From the human T2T-CHM13v2.0 reference genome, Homo sapiens, in assembly GCF_009914755.1 (NCBI RefSeq), contig NC_060936.1: a DNA stretch of 64,000 nucleotides; one strand, written 5' to 3'. A model generated the notes under the pieces. It searched no databases. It was not told the origin of the DNA and saw only the letters and a list, made by a program, of their open reading frames with translations. Shown piece after piece: positions 45,101 to 64,000 of the stretch (its first letter is position 1; each line of letters opens with the position of its first letter). The position numbers were made by a program, and so were the translations under genes.

Positions 45101-48100
45101 AAATCTGTCATTTTATTATTTGTTTTCTATTTGTTTCCTCTGTTTCTTGTTCTTTTGTTTATCTCCTTTCTTTTCTGTAGGTTTCTTGAATACATTTTAG
45201 AATTTCATCTTGATTTATTTATTGCAGTTTCCAGTGTATCTCTTTGTAGGTTTCTTAGTGGTTGCTTTGGGTATTACAATGTGCATGTGTGACTTACCAC
45301 AGTCTAATGGTATCAACATTTTAACACTTTGAGTGAAATGTGGAAATCTTATTTCCATTTAGGTCTCTTTACAACTTTTCTTGAGTATCACATGTTGTTA
45401 TTTTTTTAGTCATCTAATATGATTTATAAAATTTATGCAGAGAAGGACGGTCTATTTTATGTACCCATATTTCTACTCTTACCATTGTCCTTCCTTCTTG
45501 ATGCTCCAATATTTTTTCTTTTATCAATAGCTTTTTGTTTGAAGAAACTTCCTTGAGGATAGGTAAGTCTGCTAGTGACTTTTTAAAATTTTTGTTTATT
45601 TATTTTTTCTTTATCTGAGAATTATGTTTTTCTTTATCTGAGAATGTCTTCATTTCTCCTTTATTCCTGAAGAACTGTTTTGCTGGCTATGGAGCTTACA
45701 GTTGATGGTTCTTTTTTTTAGCACTTGAAAAATATGCCTCTTTCTGTTTTAGCCTTCGTAGTTTAGTTTCAGTTGAAAAATTATTTAGTATGTGTCTTGT
45801 TCCCTTATAGATAATGTGTCATTTCTCCCTACCTGCTTTCAAAATTTTCTTTATCAAATTTTGCTTTGTTTCCAAAAGTTTAATTAAAATGTACCTTGAC
45901 CTGGATTTTTAAAAAGATTTATTGTATCTGGGGTTCATTCAGCTTCTTCAATCTCTAGGTTTATATCTTTACCCAATTTTAGGAAGTTTTGTCTTTATTT
46001 ATTTGAATTTGCTTTAAGATCCACTTTCTTTCTCCTCTCCTTCTTAAACACCAATGATGTGAATATTGGCTCTTTAGTTATTACCCTATTCTCCCAGGCT
46101 TAGTTCTTTTATTTCAGTCTAATTTCTGTCTATTGTTCAGATTGGATAAATTCTGTTTATCTGTCCTGAAGTTCCCTGATTTCGTGCTCTGTCATCTCCT
46201 CTCTACTATTGAGCGCATACATTGAGTTTTTCATTTGTTATTGTATTTTCTAGTTCCATAATTTAAATTCAACATTTTTCTAATCTCATTTTATTGTGCT
46301 AATTTTTTTTTCTTCATTTGTGTCAGAAAAATTTGTAAGTATTTTTTTAAACATTTTAATGATGGCTTCTTTAATATCCTTGTCAGACAATTCCAACATC
46401 TGATTCCTTTCAGTATTGGCATCAATGAATTGTCTTTTCTCATTCAAGATATGATTGTCCTGGTTCTTGGTATCATGATGGTTTTTAATTGTATGCTAGA
46501 TAGTTTTACTATTATGTTAGGAGACTCTGGATTCTATTTAAATCTTTTATTTTAGCAGATGGTCACTGTGTTTAGGTGTAGCACACAGAGTCTGTTTTAC
46601 TTTTGTGAGTTGTGGTTCCAATTACATTGAATTTCCAAAGACTTTGAAGAGCTGTTTTGGTTTTCTTGGTGTATTTGTTACTGCTGTGGCTCCCTCTGGT
46701 TCCTGCTGGCACTTTCTTAGGCCAGTCTGCCTGGTACCTGTAAGTTGGAGAAGGGGGTCTCTGGTCTGTGGGGACAAAGAAGCTTCCAGGCCACTTGTGG
46801 ACAGATTCCCCTTGCTGTTGTCTCCCAAACACATGGTCTTTTGATAGCAGAGGGGAGTCTCAGGCCCAACAGAAACAAAAGTACAGGTGGGCCAGGTTCC
46901 CTCTTCCCTCTTCACTGTGAGGTACAAAGAGTTTTTTTTTTTTTTTTTTTTTTTAGGTTGGGCTGCTGATTGTGGTGGAGTGTTTCTTGCTGCTGTTCCC
47001 TGGAAGTCAAGGGTCTCTTGGTTGAGCTGTGGATTCTTAGGCCCGAATGAAAAGGAGAGCACTTTTCCTGGCTACTGATTGTCAGTGGGGATTCCAACAA
47101 ATTTTTATTGCCAGACTCAGCTGGTATTTTGGGGGCTTGGACACTATCTGTTGCTAGGTTTGAGACTGGGAATCTTTAGACCTGGGTCACCCTTTTCTGT
47201 TGGAGGACAGGCGAAGGTCCTAAGATGCCTTGACACTATATTGCTTCTCCAGCCACGTGGTCTCTAACCTGTCTAACTTTCTCTTTTTTCCCATTTCAGA
47301 GTTGTTGTTTGGTGCCTCTTCTATTATTTCTAGGGGTTACAGTTGTATTTAGCAGGGAGGAGTAGAGAAGAACAATTGTACATCACATTGTCTGAACTGG
47401 AAACTTCTACACCATCTTTTAATCTTTCCATCTTTTTTGTTTGTCCTCAGAATGTGTTTATTGAGCACTGTATTATGCCCTGATATACATTAATTTAAAA
47501 AGAAATATATAACCTTTTCTGTCAATTCTAACTCCTTGCTGCCTCTTACATTCTGATGGTAGCCCTGTTTCTCATGGTAGAGATGAGGTTATCTAAGATG
47601 TGATGGTCAACCTGTATTCTTGAGTTTACAGATCATTCTCTCAGGATATCCATGTGCCCTGCTCAATTTATCTGATGGAGACCTGCTACCACCTCTTGAT
47701 AATTCCAGTATCTGCAGTTGCCTGATGAATTCTGTGAAAACAAGAAGAGGCTTGTTCAGTGTTGCTCCAAAGGGCAGATACCCACACAGCAAGTGGGTAT
47801 CCTTGTCAGACAATTCCAACATCTGATTTCTTTCAGTATTATAAAGCTTTTTTTTTTTCTGAAAAAGAAGAACCTTTAAGCCACCAGAGTTATCCAGCTG
47901 CAGACAATGCTTTTTTGTAACAGGTAAAAAGTTATCCACCTCTTTAGGTGTCTCAGGAAATGTAGGGCAGCCGTTTCTCTGCCAAGCACAATATAGAAGA
48001 CATTTTACCTTGGTGAGGCCTGCTTATGGTTATGATAAGGACATGTGCCATCTCACGGTTGGCTATCCTGATGTGTTGTAGCAACTGAAATGATTCTTTC

Positions 48101-48199
48101 TTTCCTCTTCCAGTGAAGGGCATGTTACTTATATCATGGTGCATAGCTCGATCTTAGCTATTGTAGAAAGACTACAAACACTGGAAGGGTTTTTTAATG

Positions 48200-48565
48200 T
48201 TCTCTTTCCTCTTCCTGGGATACAGTTCCTCTAGATACTACATGGTAAATTCCAGATTCTTCAAGTCTTTGTTCAAATGTCACCTGATCAGTAAGGTTTC
48301 CTTTAGCAACTCTAACAATTGTAACTCTGACTCCCCAGCAGTCATCACTCATTCTTCCAATCTCTTTTTTTCTATATTATTTTTCTCTTTATTCTTATTG
48401 CCACTGAATGTACTATGCACTATGCATGTTGTTTATGGTATTTCCTGCAATAGTATCTACATTTCATGAGGGCAGGAATTTTTCTGTTTTTTTTTTCATT
48501 ATTGTTTTCCTATTGCCTAGCATCACAACTGGCACATGATAATGCTTCATAAATATTTGTTGAGA
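48200..48565 (+). mobile_element. L2 3' remnant
   Basis: caaatgtcacct; catgagggcagg...gcctagca...tggcacat...taaatatttgttga. Confidence 0.6.
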
Positions 48566-48729
48566 GAGTGAATTAAATGGTTGTGAACTAACAAATGTTA
48601 GTTAAGTATTGCCATCTTAACAATATGAAGTCTTTTGATCCATAAATGCAGGATGTTCTTCCAATTATTTGGGTCTTTTAAAATTTCTTTTAATTATGTT
48701 GTTTAGTTTTTAATGTACAAGTTTTGGAC

Positions 48730-49355
48730 ATTCTATTAGAGTTCTCCAGAGAGAATGAACCAATAGAAGATACAAATAGACATAACTATAGTTATAGATA
48801 TAGATATGTGAGGGAATTTATTAGGAGAATTTTCTCGTGCAATTATGGAGGCTGAGAAGACCCATGATAGGCTGTCTGAAAGCTGGACATCCTAGGATGC
48901 TGGTAGCATGGCTCAGTCCAAGTCCAAAAGCCTAGAACCAGAGAAGCCAATGGTGTAATTTTCAGTTCATGGCCAAAGGCCTGAGAAACTGGAGGGCTGC
49001 TAGTCTAAGTTATGGAGTCCAAAGGCTGGAGAGGATGAAGTTGTAATGTCCAAGGGCAGGAGAAGAAAGATGTCTCAGGTCCAGCAGAGATAAAGAGAGA
49101 CAGAGAGAGAGACAGAGAGAGAGAATGAGAGAGAAAATGAATTGATCTCCTCTCTGCCTTTTTGTTCTGTCAGGTCCCCCAGCCAGTTGGGTGGTACTCA
49201 CCCACATTGAGGGTGGATCTTCCCCACTCAGTCCACTGACTTACACACGAATCTCCTCTGGAAGCATCCTCATAACACATCTAGAAATAGTGCTTTGCCA
49301 GCTATTTAGGCATTCCTTAACCCATTCAAGTTGACACCTAAAATTAACCATCACA
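48730..49355 (-). mobile_element. ERVL LTR (MLT2-like)
   Basis: tattagagttctccagaga...gaaccaatag; ends caagttgacacctaaaattaaccatcaca. Confidence 0.82.
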
Positions 49356-50320
<965 letters not shown>

Positions 50321-50384
50321 ATCTTCCTTTTTTTTTTTCCCCAGCAGTTATGTGCTGGAAGGGGAAGTACTTTCCTTTTTATAT

Positions 50385-53300
50385 GTTGTAAAATCCCATT
50401 GAGATGGAACGTACATTTATCATGATATTCCCCCCTTAAATAAAGTCTACTTTAACAAGTGCCATAAATATTTTCTTCTTTAAACAGCTATGGTGCCTGT
50501 GACTTGCGTAGAGTCAGAGTCGTCATCATTGTACCCCGACCTCTCATCCAGGGCCTTACATGTGTTCCTTTGAACCCTTTGTCTTCAATCCCCAGGGACT
50601 GGTCAGGAATCCGTTGGTGAGTCAGATTCCTGAACCATTGCTCTAGATGACAGTTCACTGAAGCTAAGGACAGATTTTGATTCTTAAGATTCTGAGTATA
50701 CTGAAAAATCTGGATTAGAGTCTCAGAATAACAGAAGCTGAATTTGAGGCCCACGTTTCTTTGTTTGCAAGAAGTTGGGCTATGAGCAGCTGTTTATAAG
50801 AAACTAGGTTAGTCCCAGGTAAAAGGAGGTGGGTTAGAGCCCTAGACTTCTTTGTTTGAAAGATACCTGCTGGACTAGCAGTCTTTCTTCCTGTCTCTCT
50901 CTGTCTGGAGGGAGGATTGATCCCTGACTTCCTGGGTTGGTAGTTTTTCTTCCTGGCTCTCAGTCTTGAGTGGGAAATTTTTCTTGGCTCTTTGTGAGGC
51001 CTCTCCATTCTCTCTATTTTATCCTGTTTCTCTCATGGAAAATTCTCAGCTGGCTGAAACTCCCTTCTTGAACTCCTACTGACTATATGCTCTACCAATC
51101 TGTCCACCTCCTTCCTGTTGGCATAAATTTGCAGAGAATAATTTGGAACTTCATTGTCCTCTTTGGGAAACTTATGATCTCCCCAAACTGGCTTCTGTAA
51201 GGCCTCTCCCTTCCCATTCCTCCTTTGTTCTTTAACCACTTTTGATCTTCCCTTCAGCGACCTTGAAGCCTTTGATATATCCCCCTTTTAACTCTACCAC
51301 CTTCATCCCTCTGTTCATTCTGCCAGGCTTTTCATTTCCCACTTCAACCTCTCAGCTCCCAACAGTCACTTGAACTATAGACCCCTTGGCCTCCATTGGG
51401 GGCTCTCCTTAAGAGACTGAGGGATCCCTGAGGGATCCCCAAAAGCAATGATTAGAGGCTGAAAACAGAAAAAAAACTTTGGAAACAGACTGGATGTTTT
51501 GTACACTCAGGTGAGTGTTGGATACACACAAACAGCTTCATAATAATTCACCAAAATTTTAGCCCACAACTTCCCTAAGATGACAAAGAAAGTCTTAAAA
51601 ATGTCTGCTACAAATGTTGGTGAACAGATATCCTTAATTTGTCCTATTTGCCAGAAACGTGATTTGGATAAAAATATAAAGTAGAAGAAAGGTGAGAGGC
51701 AATTATTTTATATAAACCAGAGAGTTTTGTATTACTAACTTATGGCTAAACTTTGAAAATGAAAGCACTAAGATCTTTACAGTCTGTATATTTCTGTATG
51801 TGTATATGCATGTATGTTATGTTTATGTGATATTTTTCTACTCCCAAATGGTATTATCAAATTAATTTATGCAATTTCTTAGAGGAATTCTATGCAAATT
51901 GACTTAGAGATAAATGAGTGCTTATATAAATTAAATATTCCTAAAACTCACAGAAATTTAGAAACTCAAATGTCTTTCAAGTTCATGTGACTTGGGTAAG
52001 TTTTTGGTAAATAAGATTAGTTTAATATTGTTAGTTTAGTAAAAACAGCTGTGTTCTGGGTAATCAGCATTAAGTATAATAGAAACATACATTTATATTC
52101 TACTTGGGTTTAATAGTCATATAAGGTTAAAATAGTTAAGGGGGAAATAACTTGAGATGATGACTAACTTTGCTTAATGTTACAATAAGTCTACCTGAAA
52201 AATAGTTTCTTTTTGGTAACTTGAAACCTTAAGTTATACTAAGTTAAATGATGCATATTCATTGAATATCTAGATTATTTCCAAATAAGATAAAATACTG
52301 AAACAATTACTGAGCATAAGTTTAAGTTTATATATTTTTGGCATCTTGCTTTTATACAGTATAAAGAGACTAAATATATTTGAGTCTGTTAATTTTTGTC
52401 ACATTGAAAAATTATACTATGAGGAAGCATATGCCTCTAAAATTGTGAAATGGTATATTCATCACTTTTGCAAGCTTGCTACAGAATGCTGCCATGTAAC
52501 AAAGACATTTCACAATTATCTACCTCCTAATTTTCTCTATAAAAGAAACCTTACTAATGGTTAAACATTACAATTAATATGTGAAAATAATTAGGAAAAC
52601 AATTCTTCATCAAAAGTTTTCAGGGAAAATAGGATATATCTTTGATAGGAAATATACGAGTATGAAGGATGTGTTTTTGTTAAGGGAAAAAGAGAGTAAT
52701 TTTATCCTAAAGTTAGATGACTAGTTGTTCCAGAATGAGGAATAAGAAAAATATAGAGCAAAAACTAAAGGATATAGGAAGTTGCAGAAGGCTTGTGGAA
52801 AATGAAATTTATGTGTAGTCAAGCTGGCTAAGATTTGAATTCCTTTGTTTACACATTTAAAAATATGAGCCTTAACATCAAAAGTACACTAATGCAAAGC
52901 TAGAATATGGCTTTCTTTCTGTTAAAAAGACAAATTTTGGGTGGGGGGATTATTGGTTTGCTCTTAATAAGAGATTGTGAAAGGCTTTTCTTTAACTTTT
53001 GCATAATCTGCCTGGGAAACCAATGTTTTGTGTCTTTTCTGAATAATTTCCTCTGTTTTATGTTGTCTTTATCATGTCTTTGATTACTTAAGAGTCTTCA
53101 CAATATTAAAAGAGCTAAGGGTTTTGTTTACAACTATGTAAGCTTCTGTATTTGCCTTTAAAATCTTTTATTGTCACTTTGGTTAAACGGATAACTGTTG
53201 TTTCATGGTGGCCTGTGATCCTACTTACTCGTCTATTTAAACCTTTTGACATTTTTGACAATCTCTAACAATCGGATGCTTTATGAGGTCTTTTTGACCT

Positions 53301-53640
53301 AAAACTGACTGAGACATCACAGACGGCCCCTGGAAAATACCCAAGAGAATTTTTCTTTCATTTTGCAAAGGAATCTGGTAAAAATAATTTATATTATTTG
53401 ATATGTTAAGCTGAATGGAAATGTGTCAAATAAGAAGTGATGCTTAACCTTCCCTAGGTTACATTTGTATAGGTAAAATGCTATTTTCAAGAAATCATAT
53501 AAAATTTCTAGAAATTTTGTATGTCCTGGTATAAAGTGATCAGCTATAATTTGAGTTATTATTTTAAACTTTGTATGTCACAAAATAACCAAGCTTCCTT
53601 ATTAAATGAATTATCATCAGATCTTTAACCTGGATTTATA
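50385..53640 (+). mobile_element. ERV1 (MER4-group-like) LTR end plus degraded internal region
   Basis: aataaagtctactttaac...ttctttaaaca LTR-like end, a PBS-like tggtgcctgtgac at ~50491, then a long AT-rich non-coding interior. No gag/pol ORF left. Confidence 0.55.
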
Positions 53641-54250
53641 TTATGTTTTTCTTTTTAAATTCCTGTACCAGTACAGCACTATTCGTTACTGTAACTTTAT
53701 ATTAATTTTTGATATCTAGAAGAGTAAGAGTTGCTCATTTGACTTTCCTTAGAGCTGTCCTGTCCATTCTAGGTCCTTTTTCCTTGGCTTTTTATGTATG
53801 TTTTAATAAAGCATATTCTGTTGTGCATGCATTCATATTTACCTACACACACACATCCAACCTTTTGAAATTTTGTTGAGTTTTGCATCGAATATATAGA
53901 ATTATATGAGGAGAACTGGAATTTTCTAATCTATGCAAATGTTTTATTTCTCAGTTTATTTTTCCTTTTATTTAGTTTCAATAATATTTTCTAGTTTTTT
54001 GTATAGATGAGATCCACATATCTTTACAGTTATATACACCTTTCCAATACTTGGTATTTTCAGTTCATAAAATTTCAACCCATCTGATGATGCCTAGTGC
54101 TATCTAATTGTTTTAATTTTTTTCCTTATGTCAAACAAATTAGAGCACATTTTCATAAATTTATTGGTCATAAAGATATCCCCTTTTCTGAAGTCTTATT
54201 CAAAACTTTTCCCCAATGGTTATATTGGATTATCTTTTTCTAAGGAATTT

Positions 54251-54614
54251 ATACACCATGGAATACTATGCAGCCATAAAAAATGATGAGTTCATGTCCT
54301 TTATAGGGACATGGATGAAGCTGGAAACCATCATTCTCAGCAAACTATTGCAAGGACAAAAAACCAAACACCGCATGTTCTCACTCATAGAGGGGAATTG
54401 AACAATGAGAACACATGAACACAGGAAGGGGAACATCACACTCTGGGGACTGTTGTGGGGTTGGGGGAGGGGGGAGGGATAGCATTAGGAAATATACCTA
54501 ATGCTAAATGATGAGTTAATGGGTGCAGCACACCAACATGGCACATGTATACATATGTAACAAACCCGCACATTGTGCACATGTACCCTAAAACTTAAAG
54601 TATAATAAAAAAAA
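54251..54614 (+). mobile_element. 5'-truncated L1PA3/4-like fragment
   Basis: [14 protein letters not shown]...SLIEGN, 3'UTR and short poly(A); no TSD seen. Confidence 0.9.
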
Positions 54615-55384
54615 GTCTACTTAACAGTCGTTTGTTAATTACATGCATTATAACTATACCCTCTGAATGCGTGGCTTGAATAGTGATTTGGATGTAAGAG
54701 CTTTTATATTCATTGTAGTTTAATTCATTAACCTATCTCTTCAGGGTTAGTGCTTTGATTTTGTTCTATATAAGACATATTTGCGTGAACTTCATGAACT
54801 TATTTTTCTATATTCTCTTTTAGAAGGTTTACTGTTACACTTATTATTTAGATATATTCTCTACATAATAAACTATTTGGAATTTATTTTAGTGTATTGA
54901 GTGAAGTTGAGTATTTTTTGCCTTTTATATGAATCTTGAATTTACCTATCAGCATTTTTAAACTACCTTTTCTTCACTTTATTTTAAAATTCAATCAGTC
55001 ACTGTATATTTGTGAATTACCTTCTGGTCTCTCTCTTCTTTTCATCGTCTAATTGTAAATCCTCATCACAAGCCATACTCTTTCACTGGTGCAATTTTAT
55101 TGTATTTTATTTTTAAAATTTATCTTTAAAGTTTTGTATATTTAAGGTAAACAATGTAATGTTTTGATATACACAGTGAAGTTGTTACCACAATCCAACT
55201 AATTAGCATAACATTCTCTTTACATAGTTACTATTTTTTGTGGTGAGAATACTTAAAATCCACTCTCTTAGCAAATTTTAAGTATAGAATACAGTATCAT
55301 TAATCATAATGAACTAACTGTGTATCTCTAGAATTTATTCATCCTACATGATTGAAATTTTATATACTAAAAATAAATATATAT

Positions 55385-61587
<6,203 letters not shown>

Positions 61588-62999
61588 TGAAACTGTATAA
61601 TTTGACCAGTAGCTCCCCTTTTCTCTCACTCCTGTGTCCCTGGTATCCACCATTCTACTCTCTGCCTCTATGAGTTCAATTATTTTTAAGCTTCCACATG
61701 TTAAGTGAGATCATGTAATATTTGTCTTTCTGTGCCTGGTTTATTTCACTAAGCATAATGTCCTCCAGGTTCATCCATGTTGCCATAAAATGGAAGGGCT
61801 TCCTTCTTCTTTTAGCCTAAATAATACATACATGTATATGTAGTTATCTATCTGTCTCAGAATTTCTTTATTCATTTATTAACCGACACTTAGATTGTTT
61901 TTCATGTCATGGCTGTTGTAGAACGTTGCTGCAATCAACACATGAAGGGGCACAGATATCTCTATAAGATGCTGATTTCCTTTGAGTATATACATAGATG
62001 TATTGCTGGGTCATATGGTAGTTATTTTTTTTAAGTTTTTGAGAAACCTCCATACAGTTTTCCATAATGGTTGTACCAATTTTCACTCCTACAAACAGTA
62101 TACAAATGTTCCTTTTCCTCCACATCCTCACCAACCCTGCCGTACTTTGTCTTTTCAATAATAGCCATTCCACTAGGTGGGAGGTGATATCACATTGTGG
62201 TTTTGATTTGCATTTTTCTGAAATGAATGATGTTGAACACCTTTTCAAATCCTTGTTGGCTATGTGTATGTGTTCTTTGGGAAAATGTCTATTCAGATTC
62301 TTTGTCTACTTTGTAATTAGCTTACTATTAGTATTTTTAGTTGTTGATTTTGAATATTAACCCTTTATCAGATATCTGATTTACAAGTCCTTAAGTTTCA
62401 TTTCATTTTGTCGATTGTTTCCTTTGCTGTGCAGAAGCTTTTTGGTTTGATGTAGTCCCATTTATTTTTGCTTTTGTTGCCTGTGCTTTTGGTATCATAC
62501 CCAAAAAATTATCACCATAATCAACATTCAGGAGGCATTCTCTTATGTTTTCTTCTTGGAGTTTTACAGTTACAGGCCTTAATAATTCTATACAAGTATT
62601 AGAGCAATTTCTGTAATTTTTCTTCAAGATTATCTTGACTCTATGTGGCTTTGAATTTTAATATAGAAAAGAATCAACTAATTAGTTTCCAAAAACAAAT
62701 TCCCTACAATTTATGCAATTGCCTTCAATCTATAAATTACTTTGGAGAGAACAACATCTTTATAATATTGAGTTTTCCTGTTCATTTGTATTTTATCCCT
62801 CCATTTATTTTGGATAGTTCCTGCAGAGATGCTTTGAACATCTGTATTTATTACTATTTACTTGGTTACATTGCTGTTTCTATAAATTACATCGTTAAAA
62901 ATTCTAGTTGTTTGCTGCATATATATATATATAAATACAATTTAGTTTTGTATATTGACCTTGTAGATAGAAAATGGCTACAGTTAATTTTATTTTTAT

Positions 63000-63300
63000 T
63001 TTTAAAATTTATTCACTTTTAATTGACAAAAATTGTTTATGTTTATCATGTACAACATGTTTTGAAATTTATACTGGGGGATTGCTAAATCAAGTTAATT
63101 AGCATATGCATTACCTCACATACTTATCTTTTTTTGTAATGAGAACCCTTAAAATATACTCTCAGGCCTTTCTGTGCCTGGTTCATCCATGTTGCCATAA
63201 ATACACAAATACGTACATTGTTATAGTCACCATTTTGTACAGTAGATCCTTGAACTTATTCTTCCTGTCTAACTGAAACTTTGTATCTTTTGACCAACAT
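63000..63300 (-). mobile_element. L1MA-like 3' end fragment
   Basis: tttaattgaca...gtacaacatg...gcattacctcacatactt...taactgaaactttgtatctttt. Confidence 0.7.
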
Positions 63301-63477
63301 CTTATAGTTGATTTTAAATTCTCATTGTTTTTCTGTAGATTGTTTTAGACGTTCTATGAATACAATTGCTTCAACTATAAGTAATTATCTTTTCATAATT
63401 TCTTTCTATTCATCTTTTCTTTTTTTCTACTTCCTGCCTGATTGCCCTGTTTGAATCTCTAGCACATTATCAATATA

Positions 63478-63832
63478 CAGTCATGCACCATGCAACAGTG
63501 CTTTGGTCAGCAACAGATTACATACAGGATGGTGGCCCCATAAGATTATAATACCATGTTTTTACTGTATCTTTTCTATGTTTAGATACGTTTAGACACA
63601 TAAATATTCCCGCTGTGTTACAATAACTTACAGTATTCAGTGTAGAAACATGCTGTACAGGTTTGCAGCCTAGGAGCAATAGGCTATACTATATAGCTTA
63701 GGTATGTACTAGGTTATAACATCTACGTTTGTGTAAGTACACCCTGGGATGTTTGTGCAATGATGAAATCACCTAATCACCTAATGACGTATTTCTCAGG
63801 ATGTATTCCCATCATTAAATGATGCAGGACTG
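63478..63832. mobile_element. Tigger3a/MER7A-like non-autonomous Tc1/mariner DNA transposon
   Basis: Degenerate TIRs cagtcatgca...tgcaggactg, TA on both sides, 355 bp, internal ccataagattataatacc. Confidence 0.85.
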
Positions 63833-64000
63833 TAAATGGTATCTATTGTTGTCCCAGGAGAATGCTTTTGATGCTTCAGTCTTTGGTATGATGTTTGCTG
63901 TTAATTAAGACAATACTTTTCTATTTATATTTTTGTAAGAGCTTTAAAATAATGAATGGGTATTGAATTTTATCAAATGTTTTTCTGCATCAGTTAAGAT

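Noticed and set aside
47607-48144. ORF containing HLLCGYLPFG, reminiscent of kinase subdomain IX
   Set aside because: No other kinase motifs (HRD, DFG, APE) recognised, and the frame runs through the 43-bp pasted segment and a homopolymer run.

Overview
Primate genomic DNA, almost certainly human because it carries an L1HS. It is AT-rich, contains no host gene I can recognise, and is dominated by retrotransposons. (1) A full-length L1HS of the pre-Ta type (9226-15271, +) has a perfect 15-bp TSD and open ORF1, ORF2 and ORF0. (2) There are many older L1s, including a Russian-doll nest in which an L1PA7/8-like element carries an AluY and a full-length L1PA4-like element. (3) A complete VDAC1 processed pseudogene has a poly(A) tail and a 13-bp TSD. 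(4) Alus, MaLR/ERVL/ERV1 LTRs, an ERV1 internal remnant and a Tigger3a are also present. The most notable non-obvious signal is that two oppositely oriented L1s ~30 kb apart (1-3553 and 33226-39375) share at least 12 unusual changes, including three identical frameshifts, although their 3' ends are of different subfamily type. This points to a multi-kb gene-conversion tract, and the young L1HS also carries a few of its neighbours' rare variants. Other unexplained structure: an unidentified coding-like segment (40204-42798) organised by a ~105-bp inverted repeat, a 43-bp templated copy, and a young 248-bp tandem duplication. I found no new protein-coding system. Subfamily names and 'consensus' comparisons come from my recall of consensus sequences, not from a database search.
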